A stretch of DNA of 34,936 nt. It comes from Salisapilia sapeloensis CBS 127946. Taxonomy: Eukaryota > Protista > Oomycota. The position numbers and the translations under genes were made by a program. The DNA is taken from contig JAADVB010000204.1 in the NCBI GenBank assembly GCA_023334545.1, forward strand, positions 1 to 34,936, in the 5' to 3' direction. This document shows, piece after piece, positions 1 to 10,100 of this stretch. Position 1 is the first letter of the stretch, and the number at the start of each line of letters is the position of its first letter. The notes under the pieces are model-generated. The model was not told the origin of the DNA, ran no database searches, and saw only the letters and a list, made by a program, of their open reading frames with translations.

Positions 1-670
1 CATGCTCGCTGTATCATGATCTGTGTGAAAGCTGCAACATATAGATGAAGTTCTTGAATCGAACTAGACCTGGATAGATACACCCTTCGATACTTTCCAC
101 CTCCGTGGACTTCAATCAGGCCGATCCAAGAGGCATAATACCGATCACAGCTCGCACATGCTCATTATCATAATGTCTATAATTCCTCGCATAAGCCCCG
201 ATTGTCCTCGCAACGAACACGACCTTGTTTCGCTTTGGTAATTTCTGTCTTCGTCTTGGATGCAATCAGGAGAAAATCATCTTCGAGAAGACTTCAAGGC
301 ACGCCTGGTGCTCGAAATGTGCAAATTTGAAAAAGCGCGCGAAAGACTTGGTGAGCTCTTCACTTTATTTGCGCTATTGAGCTCTTCGCTATTATTTCGG
401 AACAGGAGTCGTACCGTGGTGGATGAAATAATTGGACGATATTTGTGACTCGCACTGTACGGCGTCCCACTGAAATGGCGAAGAGCTCAATAGCACAAAT
501 TCAGCGAATGCAACTTCAACATGAATGACTTCCGGCGATACACTGCGATTCACTCGACGCTACTCCCCGCCAAAGACCTGGCATTGATTCCTATCACAGT
601 GTTTACATGCTTGTTCAGAGAATGCCTGATGTCCGTGCTGCATACTCGATTATCTGCTCATCAAACACAG
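1..670 (-). pseudogene. Decayed tandem-repeat coding sequence of unknown family (about 2 partial units, period ~450 nt); paralogous to 33830-34700
   Basis: 244-660 aligns by eye with 34055-34465 in the same orientation. 138-215 aligns with 587-665. On the minus strand the two left units read RHYDNEHVRAVIGI and RHSLNKHVNTVIGI with six synonymous third-position changes. Several stops and frameshifts are present. Confidence 0.6.
367..500. repeat. 23-bp inverted repeat (367-389 / 478-500) with an 88-nt spacer
   Basis: atttgcgctattgagctcttcgc vs gcgaagagctcaatagcacaaat: 22 of 23 complementary. The one mismatch is a G-U pair on the minus strand. Confidence 0.9.
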
Positions 671-1157
671 TTTTAATGTGTAACTAAGTTCAGCTCACGA
701 ATGCAGTGAATCCTACATGGTTCACGAACTAAACAATATTTCAATCATGGTGTATTTACGCAATCATTTTCTTTTCTTGCTTACTTTTAATTATAGTGCC
801 AGGTTGAATTTTAGACACACTGGCAATTTGGCCTCAAATGGAACCCTGATTTCTTAGCTCCTTCCATCATGGTCATGATCTATGGAGATTGATTTGGAAA
901 CGGAAGGGGAAATTTCAAACACTGACATGAACATTCGAATGCTGTAGCTTGAGCGGTTATCAGGACTCGCATATTCTTTTAAATACAAATTCTCGCCATG
1001 GTTAGCGCACGGCGCTTCCACTTTATTGAAGTCATATTAGATCGAGAAGCGTGGAAGGCATATATTTGTAGTGATATGTAATTTATCGTAAAGCCATATC
1101 ATCTCTCAAGGGCTACAAAAGTCGAGTATAACACCAGACGTTTCAGTAGCACAGCGA

Positions 1158-3207
1158 TTAATGCAATAAGGATGTAATAGACTGTCCATAGTCAAACCTG
1201 GTTTGAAGATATATTACCACATCATATCCGATTCAACATCTTCTTATACCTACTTCAATGGTGTTACACTGTTCCTTTCCACTTCACTAAGACGTCGATG
1301 GGACAGTGAGTTCTTTCGAGGGGTTGCTGGCTTAATTTCACCCGTACAAATCATTTCCGCCGTAGTTTCTCTTCTTTTTGGAGTTTGCCGGATAAAACGT
1401 ACACCTCGAGGAGAGATCATGGCTCGCACAGTACGCGTCGTATTGGCTTTATCGAACGGAACATCTATAAAATGACAAGGTGCCTTACAAGGATATCCCG
1501 GTACTTGTGGAGTCTTCGTTGGAGCTACTTCAGAGCTTTCTCTTGAAGAGTTTACTTCATGACTTGCTTTTCGCGATACCAGATAAGAGTGTGCTGTGGA
1601 CGGCCGAGATACAAAAGCAAGTGATGGTCGCACGACCAATTCCTTCGAAGGATTTTCCGCTTGACCGACCAGGTAACCAGTAACCAATGGATCTGTTGTC
1701 ATCTTATCGGCACATTGCCGAGTTGCAGCCGATACAGAACCTCGTGCTCTTGTGGCTGGCCCGGAAGAAGGCCGCCTAGATGGTCGCCGCTGCTGCATAC
1801 TTGCTTCATCTTCATATATCATTCCATTCGTACTGGATGATAAAGAAGTGCTATCAGTAGAGTCTTGCGTAAAATCAACTAGAGAAACCATGTACATTAA
1901 GCGAGATACAAGATATATGTAATACAGAAAGTTCACCCTTTTGGTTAATATCGTTGACGTTCGCAGTGGACAAGAGAGTTGCTCTGCTCTTTCCTGGTGA
2001 TGCGCTCTGTGGTCTTTGTGGTTTAGAAGCGCTCATCACACCGATGTGATGGATAACAGGTCTTGACAAACGAGCGAAAACCTCGTCCTTTTCTACATGA
2101 TGAATCGTGGACCGGTGGCGTGCGGTATCATTCAATCCGGCTATCTCGAAACGCGAATATGAGTACGTGAAGTGCACCTTTCACTAGCAAAATGTACCAT
2201 TTAAATACTTCTTTTCCATGCCATCATGCACTCTTGTTTGCTTTCTGTTCCTGATATCCCTTTCAGCACTTACTGTAGATCTACGAGCTACATTTCCATC
2301 GACATTCCTCCTTGGGTTTGGACCATGCTTCATCTCCATGATCCTTTTAATATCATGTTCGGTCATCTTTTCTGCTCCCTTTGAAATGTCCATGGAACGG
2401 ACCTCGCTAATATCTTTCATCACGTATCTCCCGTTCAATTCCATCGTCAAGTTGGTAAGGATGCACGAGAGGAGGGCTATGTACTGTAAATGAGCTAAAC
2501 ACAAGGAGACTATAAGCTTTCAGAGAAGCTAGAGATACAATTGAGCACGTACGCTTTTGATACTTATGTCGTCTGCCCATAGTTCTATTCAGCAATGAAT
2601 TCAGCAATTTGCAAAGACGAACGGCAAAAGGTGGAGACTTACCGGCGAGTTCAATCATGGAAACGTGAAAGTAGCTGTAGTCCAAGTAATCTTTACCCTT
2701 CGTATCTCGTACCCAGTCCTCTCGAATCAATCTCTTCGATTCCACCAACTCGAATTTAGGCAGGATAAGTACGTGCAGTCTCAACATAAACACACTGTAC
2801 TCTTCGTACGAAAGTATATTGTCTCCCGTTGAAGCACATTGCCATAGCTTATTTGTAAGCGAAAGAATCACTTTATTTCGTTTCACATCGGCTCGCTTCT
2901 GAAGGCTTTCCTATTCCAAAGTAAGTACCAGATACCACGACGACGCAAAGTGTTTTCATGTCCAAAGTACCTTTGGGTAAGAGCTACATATCCTCTTGCT
3001 TGGAGACTTTGACTCGTTCGTGACAGGAGCAACATTAGCTCCATTGATAGTCTGGACATCTAGCACCGGTTGTCCAATGCTCGCCAATAGCGGCAACCTC
3101 TTTAGGTTAATGATTACTTTCACAGCACTCTTGAGACTGCATAGCTTTCGATAGTGTGTCTTCAAAGAAGCTAGCGGCTGATGCACATCGTCTTGTACAT
3201 CCATCAT
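1158..3207 (-). CDS. 7-exon hypothetical protein (~563 aa): EF-hand-like N-terminal helical domain, long low-complexity C-terminus
   Basis: GT-AG introns 2911-2970, 2585-2642, 2484-2552, 2141-2197, 1879-1936 and 1198-1253 join five ORF-track fragments in frame. It includes a 32-nt exon (2553-2584). The last exon is tentative; the alternative stop is at 1250. The segment ...GDNILSYEEYSVFMLRLH...EDWVRDTKGKDYLDYSYFHVSMIELAELW looks EF-hand-like. Confidence 0.7.
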
Positions 3208-3352
3208 CCAATAGCCTCTACGCCGACACTAGTTCCTCTAGGCGAAAGCCAGAAATAAATATATCGATAGCATCAAGAAACGAACAGTGTCGACTAGATA
3301 AACAACACAAGACGATCAGCGACACGATACAAAAAGATGCCATACATTTTCT

Positions 3353-5173
3353 TCAAAGAACCAAGGAACCATCTACTAGCACTCCATTCCGAGCATCATT
3401 TCGTGCCCTCTCCATTCGTTCACGCAGAAGACTCATTCGATTTAAAATCTTCCGTCGGTTCCGTTCACTCGATGTCGTATCGAGCTGAACCTGCGACAAA
3501 GTATACGCCTTTTGCCATTCCTGACATTCAATCAACGCCAGGACCAAGTTGTTCAAAATCGTTCGTTCCCGCTTCGAGTCGTTGATACTTCGTGTGATTT
3601 CAAGACATCGCTCGTAGCACTCGACCGCTTGCTGTGGTTCGCCACGGTCCAGGTAGACAGTACCGAGGTTACCAAGCGCACGAGCCTCAACTACCTTATC
3701 ATTATCCCGCTTCGCTGCTCTCTCGGCCGAAACAAAGTGAGAAACGGCGCCGTCCAGATCTTTCTTCTGATATAACTCCATCCCAGTATTCAATTCGTTT
3801 AGAGCCGAGACATCTGACAGATCCGTCTCGGTGTCAGGAATGTCATCCGTATCGTCTGATTGGAAAGACTGAGCTATATCATTGCTAGCAAACGCTCCAT
3901 ATACATCCTTGTCAGGGTGACCGTTCTCTTTTTCGATCCTTGGTATCGGCACGTTTGATGTTTCTACATTTCCTGCACCGATACTAGAGGTAATAGATTG
4001 GAAAGTAGCATACTCGTCCTCTGTCTGATTATTACTAGGAAAGCTACCAGGAGACGGATCATCTCGTTGGTTGGACAGTTGGAGGGTCGAGAAGGTGCTA
4101 TAGTCATCATCGATAGGATACGTTTCGTGTGTCTCGTTTGATGGAGCAAGCTGTTTTGCTGTTGTAAATGGAGATGTGATCGACTCGGGCGTGAAGCCAG
4201 AGTAAGTGTCATCAGCCACTGGCTCCGGTTGATGCACGACAGCTTTTGCTGGTGATGTGCTGGCATGAGAAAAGAGACCGCCGTCGGTATTGGATGTGGC
4301 GGGAGAAGACATGTCCATCGCTTCCGCACTAAACGTCGTGTACGTCTCACTCTGCTCTTCGACAATCGCACGCACTCTCGTCAGCTCTTCATTACACTGC
4401 TTCGACAGTGTCGATGGAACCTAGAGCATCAAGGCTATCAGTAACCAATATACGTATCTGTAGATAGAATGCACGCACTGGATGCTTGAGACGAGTGGCA
4501 CTACGATGGACAAACGACCGGATCGAATTGTAACTTCGATTCTTCGAGTCCGTCAGTCTATATCCCTGTGTCCCAATATTCTCTAGTAAACTATTCTTAA
4601 TCTCTCGCTTGCCAGCACTCGATCCAGCAGTCTTCGGATGGACTTTGACGTATGTAAGCGTGAACTTCGTCGGTCGAGACTCGCTAAAGCGAATGAGAAA
4701 GGCGCCGTCGCCATACCTTTCATCTGACAGTAATGACTCTGCTGCTGCTCGACTCATATCGCCGTGAAACCAAGGTGCTAACTCTCTCTTCACGTAGAGA
4801 CTGTCGACTACTTTACTAAGCGATAGCTCGATCGGACCGAAGCGAGCGATGAAATGACTAAACTGCAGCATACATTTAAATTTAAAAGAACATGGCTTGG
4901 TCTGAAGGTATAGCATAGACGTACATCTTCTCTCGTGATGCCAATGTGCTCTGATGGCGTGTAACTGCTTGGTACGGTTGGAATGATACAGTATCGAGCG
5001 ATAATACGTAGCTCTGCGATGGAAATGCAACTGCTTCTGGTGTCAAACATGCTGCATTTTTTCTCGAGTGCTGGTAAAAAGTCGGTAGTAAAAGGCACGA
5101 CGTCTCGTCCAGAACCAAAGCACTCGTACCACCACTTCCAAGCGTACTCCTCGCTTACTTCGCTACCGACCAT
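3353..5173 (-). CDS. SH2-domain + TPR adaptor protein (~566 aa, 3 exons)
   Basis: Introns 4863-4924 and 4421-4478 give one open frame. SH2 motifs: PWFHGDMSRAAAESLL and GAFLIRFSES. TPRs: EARALGNLGTVYLDRGEPQQAVECYERCLEI and ERTILNNLVLAL. Confidence 0.85.
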
Positions 5174-5226
5174 ATTCCGTTATGAATACATTTTGGCCAG
5201 TCGTATACCGCAATTAATAAAAATAG

Positions 5227-5234
5227 CCAATCAC
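5227..5234 (+). promoter_or_regulatory. CCAAT box in the divergent promoter between the SH2-TPR gene and the microprotein gene
   Basis: ccaatcac in a 278-bp head-to-head intergenic; short motif, chance occurrence possible. Confidence 0.3.
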
Positions 5235-5428
5235 AAGATAGTTTCTACCGCAATTAGAAATACTGCTCTCCTCCACCGCGCTCGAGAGCATCGACTACGG
5301 TAAGAGAATCATGCATAATGCTGGAAGGATGCCACAACGGTACTCTAGTAAAAAAGAGCTGCATTGATCATGTCTACCTCATCTGACTTGACATTCAACT
5401 GTTTGACTTGATCTTTGTATATAAAATT

Positions 5429-5442
5429 CCATTTCAACAATT
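5429..5442 (+). promoter_or_regulatory. Oomycete-type INR + FPR-like core promoter
   Basis: ccatttc (YCAYTYY) followed by caatt, about 10 nt upstream of the ATG at 5452. Confidence 0.45.
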
Positions 5443-5451
5443 GGAGCGAGA

Positions 5452-5725
5452 ATGGAACGAGGAGCGAGCGAGACGCCAGAGTGCAGCAGCACAGTCCGCC
5501 GCCGTGAACAAGGGTCGAGTCAAGAAGACAGTCACGACGGACAAGTGCAAGCACCTGAAAGGCGCGAGCACAACATCTTTGGCGGTACACTTGCTTCCTC
5601 TCCATGCCTCCTGACAAGCTAATTTTATCTCCACAACGCTAGATTCGAATCTGAACATGATCATGGCGTTCATGCTCCTACTCCACTTTATGCAGTACGC
5701 CATGCAACCTCGTTGCGGGTGCTAA
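5452..5725 (+). CDS. Spliced 71-aa tail-anchored microprotein ending in RCGC
   Basis: Exons 5452-5584 and 5643-5725, with a 58-nt intron gtacac...gctaat...cgctag. Protein: MERGASETPECSSTVRRREQGSSQEDSHDGQVQAPERREHNIFGDSNLNMIMAFMLLLHFMQYAMQPRCGC. INR-like motif upstream. Confidence 0.6.
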
Positions 5726-5811
5726 GTATCTCCTTGACCGCAGGACGGATCTTGAAAAGTCTTACTATATTTTTTCGCTTTCGGTAGGCAAGAAATATAT
5801 TGGAGAATCGT

Positions 5812-7025
5812 TTAAAAGCACTTGCGATCAAGGATCGCTTCATGATATTCTTCCCATTCTTGTTTCGTGATTTGGATGTCTCGAAAAGTAGATAGTGACG
5901 CAAAGAGCGAACCTCCGATCCATGCAGCGTGTTTCCGATGGGAATTGTAACCTCGCTCGCGTGCAAATGGGCTCGGCACGACTTTTGCATTGGCTTCCGG
6001 TTCGAGGGCTGTGAGTTCAGACTGGAAGCGATGGCAAAAGCCAGGCAGTATCGTCGTCCCACCTGCCACGACCACGGCTTTCCATAGATCCTTCTGTAGG
6101 TCATGGTCGCACATGCCGACGGACTCGGCCACGAGCTCATGGATTCCTTTATCCGGACGAGTGTGGCCGTAGTCTTCCGATAGAGCACTCTCAGATTGTG
6201 GCGTAGTAGGACGTGGGTGGAAGAGCTGCTCGCTACATACCGTCCTCGTCTTGTAGTCTACCTCCAGGACCGTTCCATCAGGCAATTCAAAAGGTTTCAT
6301 GTCCCCTTCATTCGACTGGTTCGAGTCTCCAGACACACCGCAGACACCCTCTTTGATGGCATGTACCGTTTGCATAGATATATTCCGCATGATCGTCGGG
6401 TGCTGACGAGCAAGGAGTTTGGATAGCTGAGCACTGATGTCCACACCTCCCGATGGACAGTGGAGAGCAGCGTGAGGCAGAGCGTAGCCTTCAAAGACAG
6501 GTATCGCGTGTCCAGAGCCATGACCTACTTCCGCCACAATACCTCTTGTGCGCCCAGACGCAAATAGCGAAAGCACACTTTGCTGCGTGAAGTAGAACCC
6601 ATTGACCTTGTGGCTTTCGAACAATAGCTGAGCCATTTGCTCCTGTTGCTTACGTGGTGCCATCGGAGAGCTCGTACACATGATCTATCAGCAATGTTGA
6701 TTACCAATGACACGTAGTAACGTAGAAAGTATCCTACCGGAATTGGCGTCGTCTCTGGATTCGCCTGTAGCTCGTGCGTGAATACGTACTCCCACAGTCG
6801 TTCGAGCGCATCCCAATCCTGAACGATGCCTCGTTCGATCGGATGTTTGAAGTCAGCAACTTGATACTGAAGACACTCACGCCCGATGTAATTCTGCTGA
6901 TCACCTCCGTGATCTGTACTATGGATGATCGTCGGGAGTATTGATCGTGGAGTATCTTCACCGGCGAGTCCGGCTTTCATGACACCTGAGCCATGGTCTA
7001 GCACTATAGCGTCGGCGTCCGCCAT
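5812..7025 (-). CDS. Divergent actin / actin-related protein (~386 aa, 2 exons)
   Basis: Intron 6685-6737. Motifs: AIVLDHGSGVMKAG, HPIERGIVQDWD, AIPVFEGYAL, VVVAGGTTILPGF, AAWIGGSLFAS, C-terminal RKCF. Confidence 0.9.
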
Positions 7026-7170
7026 ATAGCGACTGTTTAAGATAGAATCGGAATAACGGTTTTCATCGACTTAATCAGATCCTGCTACGCTTTCATGGCC
7101 ATACGGATGAGTGTATCCGCGGACTGTCCCAAGAGGGCACGCCATCTCTTCATTTGACATCTTCGTGAGC

Positions 7171-10100
7171 ATGAGCAAGTCACCAGGGACGGAATTCACT
7201 TCGCTCGAGTCACCGGCGCCACATGTAAAGACTGGTCCACGAGACAATCCGCTGGATAGAGCCAACTGGCTGCAAAAGGTCACGCTGCTATGGCTTGACG
7301 GAGTCATACGTGATGCACATGACCATGGCGTTAGCGAAGATAGGGGATACCGTCTTCCGAAAAATGATCGTGCAGATGTGCTCGCAGACCGATTCGATCG
7401 AGCGTATGCGCTCGAGCAGGAGCGATGCCGGTCGAGTAACAAGCAGCCGATGCTCTATCGTCCGCTCTTTTCTTCTGTCAAGGAGATTTTCTTCGTTGCC
7501 CTCGCGGCCTACCTCTTCAGCGCTGCTTTCACCGTCCTGCAGCCACTCGTGGTCAAGTCTCTCTTGCTGTATCTCCAGGACTCGGATAATATGTTTGGCA
7601 TCGTCTCCGGCTACGGCCTCGCGGCCTTCCTAGTAGCAACTGCTTTAGGCAATGTCACGGCGCTCGACTATGCACAGTTCTTGACCACGCGCATGGGTCT
7701 CAACCTCCGGACTATCGCGATTGACGCCATGTACCGCAAAATGCTGCGTCTTACCGCCGGTGCACGGCAGTCACTCACGTCTGGAGACATCCTGACACTC
7801 ACTGGTGTCGATTCGGAGCGTTTATTCGAAGCTGGACGCCTCGGGATGTTCAGCATTATGTCGCCACTCATCCTCATCACCGTCTGCATCCTCCTCGGCA
7901 TCGAGATGGGATGGCAAGTGGGCCTCGCAGCTTTTATCCTTTCATTCCTCATTCTCGCCTATGCTCTCCATACTTCTCGACAGATCGGTAGCTGCCGTCG
8001 ACTCATCCTAGAAGTCTCCGGGAAGCGTGTGAATATGCTGAACGAAGTCCTCCAAGGCGTACGTGTCGTGAAGATGTACGCCTGGGAAGACTCGGTGAAC
8101 GCACGTGTCCAGGAGCTTCGGAAGGAAGAGATCCGGTTGCTACGTATCTATGACTACCTCCGTGTCCGCAATGTCGTTCTCTTGTTTCTCGGTCATGTCC
8201 TCATGAACGCAGTCTGCTTCTTCGTCTATATTTTCCTCGGAAACACTCTCACCGTTCCTACCACGTTCTCCATGCTCACATTCTCTGGTGTCTGTCGTGT
8301 ACCTTTCAGTGTCTTCAGTAACGCCGTCGTGTACTGCTCTGAAGGCAATACGTCTCTCAGACGTATCTCTGCCTTCCTTGCCAAAGAAGAGCTCGATCGT
8401 GAAAACATGGAGCGATTGGAGCCGCAGGAACAAGGCGTAGACATTGAGATCCGAGACGGAGACTTTGACTGGGCAGAAGACAAGGGAGACACCGAACATA
8501 CAGACCGTCCGCTCTTATCCAACATCAACTTGTCGATTGAAAAAGGATCACTTACAGTCGTCGTCGGTGCCGTCGGTAGCGGCAAGTCGAGTCTCGTGAG
8601 TGCTATCTTGGGCGAAATGCATAAACGTAAAGGTACTTGCGCCGTCCGTGGCAGCGTCGCATACGCCAGTCAGCAGCCATGGATCCTACACAATAGCGTT
8701 CGGGAAAACATTACCTTTGGCACTACTTTCGATAAAACCTTATACCAGCGTGTCCTCTCAGCTTGTCAGCTCAAATCCGATCTGGCTGTCCTCCAGGATG
8801 GGGATCAGACCGAGATCGGTGAGCGAGGCATTAACTTGAGCGGTGGACAGAAGGCTCGCGTGACGCTCGCTCGTGTCATGTACCGAAAGGAAGCAGATAT
8901 TATGATTCTAGACGATCCGCTTAGTGCTCTAGATGTCCATGTGGCAAACTCGGTCTTCTTCGACGGTGTCATGGGTCTAGCGAAAGAGAAGACGTGTCTC
9001 TTAGTGCTGAATGCCCACTACCACTTGCTTCCACATGCTGATCGTATCTTGGTACTTGATGGCGGAGAGATTGTTGGCGACGGAACGTTTAATGAATTGA
9101 AAAACACATTTACATTCTTGGAAAGTGAACCACCGACAGAAGCAGAGGAGCAAGATCACGTGCGAGAACCGTCGCTGGACCACTCGTCTGGTCAACGCAA
9201 CAGCATCCGTAGCAGCATGCATTCGGAAACAGAGGACACGACACTTGATCTAGTCGACAACTCGGATGCCGTAAGTGCTGTGTCCGTGTTTTCTGAAGAC
9301 GAACATGAAGACAAGAAGCCGCAGAAGCTGTGGGTAGCTGAAGACCAGAAGAAGGGATCCATGGGGATGCGCATCTACACCCACTTCCTAGGTGAATCCG
9401 GACATAGCGGCGTCCTCGTCCTCATCCTCCTCTTAATCGCTTTCGGTTTGACGCAAGTGGTCATGACCGGAAGCGACTACTACGTCACGTTCTGGTCGGA
9501 AGGTATCATGGACGCTTTGAGTGACAAGACATTGCTTTACTACTACCTCGGCGTCGTTGGACTGACGATCATCATGACTGGTGTCAGAAGTATCTTTCTC
9601 ATGGAAGTCTTCATCCGATGCGGTCGAGCTCTCCACAACCGTTACTTCGTCAAAGTGCTACTAGCACCAGTGAATGCCTTCTTCGACGTGACACCTCTCG
9701 GTCGAATCCTCAATCGTTTCTCTCGTGACTTGGACCAACTCGACAGTCCGCTACCGTACTTTGCCCTCCAGCTCATCGCCTATGGCATGACTGTCCTCTC
9801 TGTCTTTGTCGTATGCGCCGTTTCGAGCTATTACACTCTTATCCTCTACGTCCCACTCGTCCTCGGTGCGTACTATGCGCAACGCTACTTCCAGAAGACT
9901 GCGAGAGACTTGAAAAGGATTGATGGTGTCACGCGATCTCCGTTCCTCAACCTCGTATCAGAGACGACTAGCGGTATTGAAAGCATTCGGTCGTTCGGCA
10001 TGACACGACAGTACGCTACACGTAGTCGCGAGCTATTAGATCATAACTCTTCCTTCTACTTTCTCTATCACATGGCCACGCGATGGTACTCGATGCGTGT

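Noticed and set aside
260-448. 62-aa plus-strand ORF as a real gene
   Set aside because: It lies in the decayed repeat, the paralog has a stop in this frame, and the unit-to-unit synonymous pattern favours a minus-strand frame
1-670. Selenocysteine or stop-codon recoding (most in-frame stops in the left copy are TGA, one aligned to TGT)
   Set aside because: Frameshifts and TAA stops occur in the paralog, no SECIS is recognisable, and intact genes use TGA as a normal stop
938-1010. tRNA-like start gctgtagcttgagcggtt
   Set aside because: No D-stem closure, T-loop or acceptor-stem pairing
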